Below the pieces are notes generated by a model. It did no database searches, was not told where the DNA came from, and worked only from the letters and a program-made list of their open reading frames with translations. Positions 1-10,700 of a stretch of 64,000 nucleotides of DNA are shown here, one piece after another; position 1 is the first letter of the stretch; each line of letters begins with the position of its first letter. The DNA comes from Asterias rubens. Taxonomy: Eukaryota. A program made the position numbers and the translations under genes. Location: the NCBI RefSeq assembly GCF_902459465.1, contig NC_047080.1, forward strand, positions 11,222,001 through 11,286,000. Direction: 5' to 3'.

Positions 1-97
1 TTTTAGTGTGCTTACGATTAGCAGCACTCATGAAGTGGAAAATTGCGCAGTAGGCACAAAAACAGCTGTTAAGCGGCTCTATGAAATTGGGCCCAAG
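1..97. mobile_element. Right end of GGCCCAATTTCAT-family MITE (Harbinger-like)
   Basis: Ends ..gctctatgaaattgggcc like other copies in the window. Confidence 0.7.
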
Positions 98-323
98 TGA
101 ATTTCCCAGAGAATGCTGAGCTGCATTTTGGTTGACTACTACATTCACCCATGTCAACCCTGGAAAGTTCTCACCAAAGCTACCCCTTTTTTTGAGCACA
201 GGTAGTTGTAATATTTTCTCTTTGATTACTTTATGTTATTTATTAATATATTTTATTACAGGAATGAACAAAAATTAAATCATAATTTTAAAAGGAAATA
301 ATGTAATCTTCACCCCCTCCCAG

Positions 324-399
324 CTGAAGGCATTCATCGGACATTGAATACTGTGTATATTCGAGCTTTCAAACTCTTTGACCCTTGGCACCTTGGACG
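324..399 (+). CDS. TTF1: TTF1-like internal exon
   Basis: ctcccag|CT acceptor, CG|gtaagt donor; EGIHRTLNTVYIRAFKLFDPWHLG. Confidence 0.85.
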
Positions 400-3300
400 G
401 TAAGTAACCAACTCTAAGTTCAGAAATTGATATTTATCTTTTATTCATAAATACCTCAGACAGTTTTGCTATTCCTATTGGTGGAGAGCGTGTCACGTGG
501 GTGTGTATAAACCTTTGTTTGTGACCGGTAAAAAGTGTTAATTCATGGGCGTGACACGCGACCTTGCACCTGTTCTTATAAGACAGTTTCTTCATTTCTA
601 TTGGTCGAGAGAACAGCTTAAACAGTTGTGCCACATCACCCGATACGCGCGACGCCCACAGCATTCCCTTAAAAGGAGTTGTTTACCAAAGGGCGGCGGA
701 GGGCTTTACCATTTCATAGCTGGAGGGGTGTTGTGTTGAAAGAAATCATTTAACAATTAAAATGTTTGCATTTATTTTACTTTTTGACCAAAAAGTGATG
801 ATGTTTTTGACCGAAAAGGTATTTATGAATGGGAATTAAAGTGTGTTGAATCGGTTTTCAACTAGTGGTTTAAACCCGCCGAGGCCTGGTTCTTGATATT
901 ATTTACCTCGACTTCATCTCGGTAAAATTATCAAGAACCAGGCCTCATTGGGATTAAACCACAAGTTGAAAACCTCTTCACCACACATTGATTCCCTTAG
1001 TCAAATAAAATAAGCTGTTGAAATTTATAACCAAAAGGATATGGGATTTAAGGCATTGCATGTTGAGGTATCAATATATATTTGGTTGCACTGTGTGGTA
1101 ACACTGTGTGTGTGTCATAATCTACTTACTGGGTAGATTTAGTTCTTTTGAGAACTTGTCTTGCTTTAAAGGCAGTGGACACTATTGGTAATTGCTCAAA
1201 ATAATTATTAGCATAAAACCTTAATTGGTAACAAGTAATGGGGAGTTGTTGATAGCATGAAACATTGCGAAAAACAGCTCCCTCTGAAGAAACAAAGTCT
1301 TTGAGATAGAAGTAATTTTCCATGAATTTGATTTCAAGACCTCAGATTAAGAGTTTGAGGTCTATAAATCAAGCATCTGAAAGCACACAACTTTGTGTGA
1401 CAAGGTTGTTTTTTCTTTCACTATTATCTCGCAACTTCAACGACTGATTGAGCTCAAATTTTTACAAGTTTGTTATTTTATGCTTATGTTGAGATACACC
1501 AAGTGAGAAGACTGGTCTTAGACATTTACCAATACATTGTATTGGCCAATGTCTTTAAATTCTACTACCGCAGTGGAGAGATTTTTGGAATTCAAAAGAA
1601 CTGTCCTGCTCTTCAATTTATGCCTGAGCGGAAGGTAGGAAAAGGGCACAGACTACCACTGTTTTAAAGGCAGTGGACACTAATGGTAATTACTCAAAAT
1701 AATTATTAGCATAAAACGTTACTTGGTGACGAGTAATGGGGAGAGGTTGATGGCATAAAACATTGTGAGAAACGACTCCCTCTGAAGTGACATAGTTTTC
1801 GAGAAAGAAATAATTTTCCACGAATTTGATTTTGAGACCTCAGATTTAGAATTTGAGGTCTCGAAATCAACCTTCTAAATGCACACAACTTCGTGTGACA
1901 AGGGTGTTTTTTCTTTCATTATTATCACGCAACTTCGACGAACAATTGAGCTCAAATTTTCACAGGTTTGTTACTTTATGCATATGTTAAGAAACTCTAA
2001 GTGAGAAGACTGGTCTTTGACAATTGCCAATAGTGTCCAGTATCTTTAATGGATTGAGGGGACATCTCATTAATAACTTCACTACTGTGGAGTGAGTTCT
2101 TTAAAATTGGTCTCCTCGTCAGGACCTGTGGTATAAATGCAGTTGTCTTTTGCAATTTCAGCTTTTCTAAAAAGGAGCGAAATAAAGTGATACGGCTGGA
2201 GAAGAAGTATGGACATAATTGGCAATATATTGGAAACAGGGTACAGCGGTCAAATGAATGCGTCCGGTATCTATGGAAGAACTATGGAGGGCGTGAGTAA
2301 ACAAGTCCACCATTATAAGAATTTCTGAGTTGGGTCACAAAAACATGGAAATAATGCATTAAATTTACTAATCAAACGCGTTGCCCCGCAACTAGTCCCA
2401 ACTACGATACTGATTGGGACTAATTTTTAATTCCAAGATGCATTGCAGCATCAGCCGGTAAACAAAACGAAAACAGAAAATTTGTCTGGATTTTTGGCCA
2501 GTGCTCTGAATATGTGTAACAGGCTTTGTACTGCAGCAAGTGTGTTAAAAACATTGATTTACTTGGGTCAATAAACTTAATGCTAAAATAATTTTCGTCT
2601 GATTTGTGTGAAATTGTTTTATAAACTCATTTCTCAAAAACTACAGCACCTCAGAAAGTAACATTGTAAGGGAAGCTTTCTACCATCAGTATCTTTAAAC
2701 TGCGTAAGTTTTATGTAAATCTGTTAATACATTTGTGTTTTCTGTCGTACCACAGTACCAAAACTCTTTAAAGGAACACGTTGCCTTGGATCGGCTGAGT
2801 TGGTCTATAAAAAGCGATTGAAACCGTTTGTTATGAAATGCATATGGTTAGAAAGATGTTTTAAAAGTAGAATATAATGATCCACACATCACTCAAAATT
2901 GCACGGTTTTTCTTTTACGTCGTGAACTAACACTTATGCAAGTCAAAAATTTGACTCCCATAACTGGCCGGCCGTTTTAGTCGACGAGGTAAAATGAAAA
3001 CCACGCAATTTCGAGGCATATTTGTGTAGATCACTGTGTTCTATTTTTACAACATCTTTCTAATCATATTTATAACAAACGGTTACAGAACGCTTTTCAA
3101 AGACCAACTCGGCCGATCCAAGGCAATGTGTTCCTTTAAAGATTGGTCCTTATAAATACTCTATGGTTCATACTACTCACTCAGGGAAAGGTAAATGGTT
3201 GAAATTTGAAGAGAAACAACTTTACGATGCTGTAATGGAGATTACGGCACACTTGGAAGGACGTATCGACAGGTTTGTCGGAGTCCCATGGAAGAAAGTG

Positions 3301-5892
3301 GCAGAGAAGGTTCCAACGCGAAATTCTGTTTGTTGCTGCAATAAATGGTGAGAGCTTCTTGTACATGAGGGTGTAGTGTTGTTTTGGGTATTTTTGTCCA
3401 GTTGTGTCAATAACAAACTTTCTAAAGACCATGTCACCTTATTGAAATAAGAAAAAGAAAAAAAAGACACAACTATGTAGCACCTTATAAGGGTTTAAAA
3501 GTGCTACGGCGCATTCAGCAGCCACAGCCAGGAACATCGGGGCGAACCCCTTCTCTTCGCTTCATTTTGGTCAGCAACGACTGTCACCTCCACCCTACAC
3601 ACATTGCTTCCACGTGCTCTCATTGGTATGTTCTCAACACTTGAGCATAATCTCAAAGAAGATTGAAGTTGAATCTTATTTTTGGTTTTGTTTTTTGTTT
3701 TGGCAGGAATAGTTCTTTGGGCTGGCGATTCAAGGAAAGGAAAAAGCATAAGTGGCAGGCGAATGATTATATTGAGTTACTTGAATTGTAAGTCCAGGTA
3801 CCAGACTGTTCTCGGTTTAAAAGCGTTCTCCTCGACATGCATCACATTTCATTACTCGGCCGGATGTGTGTTGATCGTTTCTTTTATTTATTTTTGCATC
3901 CTTTAAAGATTAAATTTAATTTTGTGATCAACTCATTTTTCAATTGATAGAGTCCTTATGAAAATGGAGGAAAATTACAAGTCTCTAACCTCCCATGAAA
4001 GGAACCGGACACTATTGGTAATTACTCAAAATAATTGTTGGCATAAAAACTTAATTGAAAGGAGCAATGGAGAGTTGTTGATAGTATAACACATTTTGAG
4101 AAACTCCTCTATCTGAAGTAACATGGTTTTTGAGAAAGAAGTAATTTCTCACTAGAATATTTGAATCGATGTTCCAGACCTCAGCCAAGGTTTCGAATTC
4201 AAGCATCTGAAAGAACACAACTTGTGTGACAAGGGTTTTTTTCGTCCATTATTTTCTCGCAACGTCGACAACCAACTGAGTTCACATTTTCATAGGTTTG
4301 TTATTTGATGCATATGTTGAGATACACCAATTGAGAAGACTGGTCTTTAAAATTACCAAAGGTGTCCAGTGTCTTTAAAATGGTCAAATACAAAGAGAAG
4401 TGTAATTTCAGGCTTGAGCTTCAGTTTGTCAGTCTAGTTTCATTATTCGATTTCATTAGTTAAAGGGTCTATGTAACTTTTGTAAGACAAAAAACACAAT
4501 GTTCACAGATTTACACTAAACTCACACAGTTTCTAGATAATGATAGTAGAAAGCTTCCCTGAAAATATTACGTGCTGAGGTGCTGTAGTTTTGGGGAAAT
4601 GAGTAAAAACATTGATATGAAAATAATTTTCGTCTCATGAGACAAAAATTATTTTAATAATTTACAAACGTATTTTCTTGACATTGTTTTACTCATTTCT
4701 CAAAAACTACCACACCTCAGTAAGTAATATTTGAAGGGAAGCTTTCCACTATCATTATCTTCAAACCCAGTAAGTTTAATGTAAATCTATGGACATTTTG
4801 AAAAAGTACCCAAATCCTTTAATTTTTGTGAATTTTTTTTTTCAGGGTGGATGCTTCAAATGTGAGAGAGGAGTTTGAAATAGACTGGTCGAGCATTTTA
4901 GAGAAGCTCAGTGACCGGTAAGTTTGTCATTCACCAGCAACCACCAATATTACTCCATATTTTCCTTTTCTAGCCTGAAAACAAATTTTTCACCCCGCAC
5001 AACCGGCACAAGGAAGCTATGACAATACAAAACCAAGAGAACAAAGTATACCTTGGAATAAAATGTATACAGTTTTACAGAAAGGTAGGTTGTTGAATTA
5101 TGTAGCACCTTATAAGGGTTTACAAGGTGCTACGGCGCATTCAGCAGCCACAGCCAGGAACGTCAGGGTGAACCCCTTCCCTTTTCGGTAAGTGCACTGG
5201 TTTTTTTCCACTTGCATTACACAACACATGGAACCAATGGCTTTACGTCCCATCTGAAGGACAAAGCAATGGTAAAGTGTCTTGCTTAAGGACACAAGTG
5301 TCACGGCTGGGGATTCGAACCCACACTCTGCTGATCAGAAACACCAGAGGTTGAATTCGGTGCTCTTAACCACTCGGCCAAGATGCTTCAATAAAACAAT
5401 AATAAAGCCATGACTTAGTTTTTTTTTTCTTCAGAATAACTTATTTAAAAACTCTCTGGTCTTTGATCCAACTTGATCCATCTTCTCGTTTGCTTCTCCA
5501 GGGTCTGTAGTAGGATGCAACTAAAGACTTTGTGGCATAAACTTAAGATGAAGTATGCACCCAACAACTTCTTCATGGAGTATTGCGGTAAGCAGAGAGC
5601 TTAAATAATTAATTTTTGTAAAGCCCAATTTGACGTGTTTTTGGTGGTCGCTAGTGACCACCTTGTGCACCAAAGAGTTAAAAAGACGGAGACGTTGGTG
5701 TAACATTTTGTCTTTGTTTATCCCCCAGACATTTTAGACACTTTGTTTGAGAAAGCTCTTCCTGCTTTGAAAGTGGCTGCTGCTGAGCATGAGGAAGTCA
5801 TGGCCAAAAGGGCTGCAAAACAGCAGAAAAAAAACTCTAAAGTCTATATTATCTTGGATTCAGATGAAGACTCCGCTGACGATTGGATGTAA
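324..5892 (+). CDS. TTF1: TTF1-like (RNA polymerase I transcription termination factor 1, Myb/SANT repeats), 5'-partial spliced CDS: join 324-399, 2162-2292, 3185-3347, 3707-3787, 4846-4917, 5502-5587, 5729-5892
   Basis: Seven GT-AG exons splice in continuous phase to EGIHRTLNTVYIRAFKLFDPWHLGRFSKKE..YGHNWQYIG..KGKWLKFEEKQL..VPWKKVAEKVPTRN..NKW..EIDWSSIL..DILDTLFEKALPALK..DSDEDS..*. This follows the TTF1 C-terminal Myb region as I recall it (YYRAKKMFD, GNDWKTIG, ISWVEVEAKVQTRN, EIDWEDL, IIDYLYETTLPLLK, acidic tail). The paralogue DMTF1 fits the C-terminus less well. Confidence 0.85.
816..1000. repeat. Imperfect palindrome, probably part of a non-autonomous element
   Basis: Arms ggttttcaact..gaggcctggttcttgata / tatcaagaaccaggcctc..agttgaaaacc. 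Confidence 0.65.
1170..1554 (+). mobile_element. Family A MITE (about 380 bp, TTAA-flanked, Kolobok-like)
   Basis: TTAA|AGGCAGTGGACACTATTGGTAATT left end; TTAA on both sides. Confidence 0.85.
1668..2045 (+). mobile_element. Family A MITE
   Basis: Full TIRs, TTAA both sides, internal GAGACC/GGTCTC hairpin. Confidence 0.9.
2162..2292 (+). CDS. TTF1: TTF1-like internal exon (Myb repeat)
   Basis: tttcag|C acceptor, C|gtgagt donor; FSKKERNKVIRLEKKYGHNWQYIGNRVQRSNECVRYLWKNYGG. Confidence 0.9.
2590..2767. mobile_element. Right half of family B MITE
   Basis: Matches the right half of 4464-4818; ends at TTAA 2768-2771. Confidence 0.7.
2772..3135. mobile_element. Family C MITE (364 bp, TTAA TSD)
   Basis: TIR AGGAACACGTTGCCTTGGATCGGCTGAGTTGGTCT / AGACCAACTCGGCCGATCCAAGGCAATGTGTTCCT; TTAA both sides. 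Confidence 0.9.
3185..3347 (+). CDS. TTF1: TTF1-like internal exon (Myb repeat)
   Basis: cactcag|GG acceptor, TG|gtgag donor; KGKWLKFEEKQLYDAV..VPWKKVAEKVPTRNSVCCCNK. Confidence 0.9.
3476..3630 (-). mobile_element. 3' fragment of tRNA-derived SINE
   Basis: Same tail as 5101-5380, including the GTAGCACCTT..AAGGTGCTAC-type hairpin. Confidence 0.75.
3707..3787 (+). CDS. TTF1: TTF1-like internal exon
   Basis: ttttggcag|G acceptor, TT|gtaagt donor; NSSLGWRFKERKKHKWQANDYIELLE; phase matches both neighbours. Confidence 0.85.
4000..4374 (+). mobile_element. Family A MITE (subfamily lacking the internal hairpin)
   Basis: ggacactattggtaattactc..aattaccaaaggtgtccagtgtct|ttaa. Confidence 0.85.
4464..4818. 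mobile_element. Family B MITE (TTAA TSD, long internal inverted arms)
   Basis: TTAA|AGGG..TCCT|TTAA; arms such as gtagaaagcttccc / gggaagctttccac and atgagtaaaaac / gtttttactcat. Confidence 0.8.
4846..4917 (+). CDS. TTF1: TTF1-like internal exon
   Basis: ttttttcag|G acceptor, CG|gtaagt donor; VDASNVREEFEIDWSSILEKLSD. Confidence 0.88.
5101..5380 (-). mobile_element. tRNA-derived SINE, near full length
   Basis: Minus strand: GGCCGAG A-box region, GGTTCGAATCC B box, CORE-like TGTCCTTAAGCAAGACACTT, 3' hairpin; second copy at 12307-12572. Confidence 0.85.
5502..5587 (+). CDS. TTF1: TTF1-like internal exon
   Basis: cttctccag|G acceptor, G|gtaagc donor; VCSRMQLKTLWHKLKMKYAPNNFFMEYC. Confidence 0.88.
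5729..5892 (+). CDS. TTF1: TTF1-like terminal coding exon
   Basis: tcccccag|AC acceptor; DILDTLFEKALPALK..IILDSDEDSADDWM*; AATAAA near 6096. Confidence 0.88.
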
Positions 5893-6674
5893 AGAGACGA
5901 CTTTATTTTGTGAAGGTGATGAGGGATGTGGCAGTGGCCAGGAGGACTAGCTTGGTGTAAATTAGTCTTGAACACAACCACTTACCATCTAGTAAATGTT
6001 TGTGTATTAACAGAGGAGGTTTATAGACAGAAGTTGCAGCTTGAAAAGAGACTAACATGTTTCAGATTAGTCTCTGAAACAAACGCTTATTATCAAATAA
6101 ATGTTTGTGAATGGATACTGAATGGAGATTTCACCTCCAGTCTCTATTGGTAACAACACTGTTTTTGTGCATTGTGCATCTCGTTTTTTTTTTAACAAAG
6201 ATGTTATCATGTTACTTTGGTACAATTATATATTATACATACACTTTGAAATGTACAAAATTTGTAAATGGTTGCTGGGGTGGCCAGGGGTAGCATTTAA
6301 AGGGAGGGGGGGGGGGTTGTTCCATGTGGGCTTGTAGCTCAAAAGACTTACCGAACCAAAATGTTTGTCAAATAAGACCAGAATCAAAGTGAGAAGAAAA
6401 ACTATTTAAACTGTTTTTTTTTAATATTGTTGGTGATACTTCCATACTCGATGGAATTTATAGATATTTTATTGGAGTTAGAGTCAAAATGTGAACATCA
6501 TTTAAAAAAGTTAAATATGAGTGATGGTATTGTTATTGAAAAACACAAAACGGCCAATATAGACTAACATGGTTTAAATAGGTATGAAGCTTTCACTTGT
6601 TTATCTGTCTCCATTCTTTTAACTTTGGAGGACACAATATCACACAAAACTCTGCAATTTCCGTTATCAACCCG

Positions 6675-6964
6675 GGCCCAATTTCATAAAATGTGTAAGC
6701 TGCCATTTTGTGCTTACGGAGCGTTCCTTAGCAGAATTTCTATTTCATAAAGCTGTGTTTACTGTAAGCAAGGGTAAATGCTGGCTAACCCGCGGTAAGC
6801 ACACTAGTGACTTAACAATGCAAATCCACGGTGGACATACATGCGCACCTAATGTTCCGCTCATTTGAGAAATCATAGTGAGATACGCTTATGTTTTACG
6901 CACATTTTTCTGCAACAGTAATAAGTACAAGAATTTGCTTACGAGTCGATATGAAATTGTGGCC
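6675..6964. mobile_element. GGCCCAATTTCAT-family MITE (Harbinger-like)
   Basis: GGCCCAATTTCATA..TATGAAATTGTGGCC termini. Confidence 0.75.
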
Positions 6965-7559
6965 CAGCTAGGTAAGTTTTTACAACCGTTTTAACTTTGT
7001 TTTGTCAATGAATTTCACTTCATTTCTATCACCCTCTGTTAAAAATGTGTACAATTTATGAGGGATAAGGTATCAGTTTTTAAACACTTTTGAAGTATTT
7101 TATTATGATTTTAGCGCTACATGTACTTGTAAATATTAAACATTCATTGCACAAGGTATGATCATACAAAATAGTTATTTCACTGAAATAGGTTGTCATT
7201 TATGTTTACTGATAGTTTTACGACTTATGGAGAACATTTTTTGTAATCATAGAGTGCATTCTTTGAAATTTATGTGATTAATAATGTTGTCAAATTTATA
7301 TGTTTGAAAACCACTCTCGGCAAAAAACTTGAATTAAACAAATTTGAATAATTTTAATCCTTGCTCCAGATGTCTATGTTTTGACTTTGAGTTATTATTT
7401 TGTTTCAACATTATTTTTTAAAGGATTAGTAAATGATAAGCTTAAACAGAAACATTTAATTTCAATTATGGGTAATGTGGTGTAATTCAAATCCTTATAA
7501 ACTTGTTTCGATGGTATTATTTTTAGGTTATTCCTCTCTTGTATTTGCTCGTATGTAGT

Positions 7560-7721
7560 CCCTTTAAACAAAACCTACAAATATTTATGGTCAATAGAGG
7601 GCGCTATGACAGCCACATGTTTCGTTTCGGCGTGGAGGCCGAGATTGTCAAAACGTAAACAGGGTCAGTACGTGAGTTGCTATTTTCACTCATTTTGACT
7701 TTTTACACGTAAATTTTCACG
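7560..7721 (+). promoter_or_regulatory. Probable DDX31 proximal promoter / 5' UTR
   Basis: CpG-containing island immediately upstream of the ATG, with TCAATAGAGGGCGC (CTCF-like, 7591-7604) and TTTCGGCG (E2F-like). Confidence 0.5.
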
Positions 7722-7781
7722 ATGGGAGAGGAAGATTCAGGGCTGATGCTGAACCTGGATTACTCGGGGAAGCGAAATAAG
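7722..7781 (+). CDS. DDX31: DDX31 exon 1
   Basis: [20 protein letters not shown] resembles the Dbp7 N-terminus (MSDEDSMLLN); AAG|gtattt donor. Confidence 0.8.
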
Positions 7782-10700
7782 GTATTTTATAGTTTTTTGG
7801 TTGAGTAAATCGAATTAATCTCTCACAATTTCTGTGTCGTCAGGTCGCGTAGAAAACGTGAAAATGTTATTTTCAGAATTAAAAACAGGCAGTGACAACT
7901 CGTGGTGAACTTGTTTCAATTTTGTCATGTTTGTTAATTAATTTTCTGTTATTTGAATACAAGTTGATAAGAAATTGATTTTTAATCAGAAGTCCTACCT
8001 AGTCGAATGACACCAGGTCCCATTGCCTAATTTATTGGCTCACGATCACGGATTCACGGTTCTACTAAAAGCCGACAACTCGCCGACAACGCCGACAACT
8101 CGTCCAGAGCGCCGACGGCGTTGTCGGCGAGTTGTCGGCTTTTAGTAGGACCCCACGATCACGGTAAGAAAAGAATTGGTGTTACACTTTCAAATTCAAA
8201 GAGTCCGACAGGGAATTCTGTACTTACTTGGGAAAAGTTTCCGTATAGCGCTTACCCCCCCCCCCCCCCCCCCCCCGATGTTCTTATATCTTACTTACAG
8301 TTACACTGTACTTACGACCCGGCTGGGATAACTTTCTGTATCACGCCACCACTTGTTAACTCATTTTTACAAAAAGGGATATTTCATTCATTGAGGTAAA
8401 TTAGATACTATTATTTCATATCGAGTGAAAAAGTGGTGGCGTGATAAACTGATATACAGAAACTTTTCCACGACCTGTGATACTGATGGCTTCCTCTTAA
8501 AAACGTATATTTATTCACACATAAGCGGGAATGTTTCATGTTTGCTTCGCTGTGCCTCATATGTTTACTCAGCTAATACTAGTATACAGAAATTCGTCAC
8601 TTGCCCTGAAACTGAACTGACATGACTGAAGCGAAGTATGGGGGTCCTACTACTTGCCGTCAACTCGCCGTCAACTTACTTGCGCCGTCAACTCCTCCAA
8701 TCATTTAAAATCCACAAAAGAAGCATAGAACTGTAAAGTATCAGCTCAAAGAGAATTCGCGTAATTTTGAGGTCATATTTCGGAATAAAAATTGAGTTTT
8801 TTTTCTCTTGAAACAATTATCTCGAAGCAGCAAAACCGTCGGCCGCCATCTTGCTTTTTTTACATTGATTAGTCTCAGCCCAAGATGTCAATGATTGGTA
8901 CTTTTTTTTTATCAACACAAAGTCGTTTTTGTGAATGAATTTTTACCGAAAACCATGAGAAATATGTAGTTTAGCCCAGACTTAACACTTACGTGCCCCT
9001 TTTATAGATTTTTCATGTAAAATTTAATGAGTTGACGGCATGAAAATGAGTTGACAGCAAGTTGATGGCAAGTCGGCGAGTTGACGGCAAGTAGTAGGAC
9101 CGAAGTATGGTGATTGCAAGTGCACAAATCGGCTGTAAGCAGAGCTATTGTTAGTTCATAGGTCGCAGGTTCAAATCCAGGGCCCAATTTCATGGCTCTG
9201 CTTACCGCCGAATTCTGCGCTTATGATCGCGATTCCCCGCTTACGTGCAAGTGCCGAATTTCTGTGATAGCCTTGTAAGGTAGAATGCCTAGTAACATGA
9301 AGTACGCACGCGCAGAAGCCGAAATTCGCTGCTAATCCGTGAAATACGCTTGCCGTAAGCACAGAGTTCCCTGCTTTCGTAAGCACCGATTCTGTGCTTA
9401 CTGTAAGCAGAGCCATGAAATTGGGCCCTGCTCTTATCAATTTTTAATTTGTTCACCTAATGATTTTTTGCAAACCAATTTTCCTGAAAATGTCCAGAGG
9501 AAACATTTTCAAGAAACACGTAAAGAGGTTCTGCAGAGACTGAGAGCACCAAAACCAGACGACGAACCACCACAACAAAAGTTTCTTCAACCAAGACCGT
9601 CCACAGCGCAACCAAGAACTGACGATGCTAACACTACAGGGGCAACACAAGGAGCAGCTGAGAGCATGGGGAAGCCCAGAGGTCAAGGTGCGGCCAATAG
9701 GTCAAAGGGGACTGGTTCATCAGGTCATGGCAAGGTCATCTCATCACTGTTCAGAAACAATCCCATGATACCAGAGGTACAAATGTGAGTATAGAAACAA
9801 GATGTGTTCATGGAAAACTAGATGTTGTTGTCAGTTGGTGACACCATGTGCACGGCTACGGCTACGGCTGTTGCTAGGGGTATTGCTAAGGACATTGTAT
9901 ACTTCAACACATGGTGACATGGCAATCCAACTGTAGCCACAAACTGGACACGGCTTGGATCTCTTTTTGGAAGACGGTAAACTGTTAAGTTCTGAGTGGT
10001 TCAGTTTCATTGTTTTGACTAACTTGAGAATTTAACAAGTCGAATGAAAACTCAAACTGGCAGATTTAAAATTTGATGAGAAGTGTTTCGTTTCATAAAG
10101 TTTATTTTTGTTTATCCCACACAGGGTGAAAGTGAAGTCAGGAAAGGAGGCAGTCTTCTCAGCCAAATCATTTCATGATCTTCCCCTCCATCCACACCTG
10201 GTAAGTTCTGGAACCAATTTCATTTAGCTGCTTAGCAGCTGATTTTATGCTTACTGTTAGCGCTGTTAACTCTAAGCCTTCCGATGCTAACTGTATGAAA
10301 ATGAATAATGCAAATCCATGGTGATTGCTCAAACTGTGAAATGCACTTACGCAAAAATTGCACACAAATTTGCTGACCGTTAAGCTGAGTTTGGCCCAAT
10401 GTCTGAATTGAGCGGTTTTTGTAAGTTTACAGAGACGTAAACATCAACTCTTTTGTGTGTTAACTGTGTTTGTCTGTAGTAGCAAATTTAACATCAGTAA
10501 TGCATTACACAGTGTATCCCTAATGTATTTTCAGATTTCTACACTTGAGAAGTCTCTAGAGTTCAGTCACATGACCAGCGTTCAACAGCGAGCAATTCCT
10601 TACATTCTAAACGGCAGAGACACGATGGTCAAATCACAAACTGGGTCGGGTAAGTACTATCATCTGCATTCTCTTCCGACTAGCCAAAAACAACTCTACA

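Larger units (their letters stand above)
1050..2124 (-). mobile_element. Penelope-like short repeat split by two MITE insertions
   Basis: Segments 1050-1165, 1559-1663 and about 2050-2124 are collinear with the uninterrupted copy at 24117-24423. Confidence 0.6.

Noticed and set aside
6968-6977. Second AG|GTAAGT juxtaposition
   Set aside because: Intergenic, at a MITE edge, with no polypyrimidine tract; it shows such 9-mers arise by chance.
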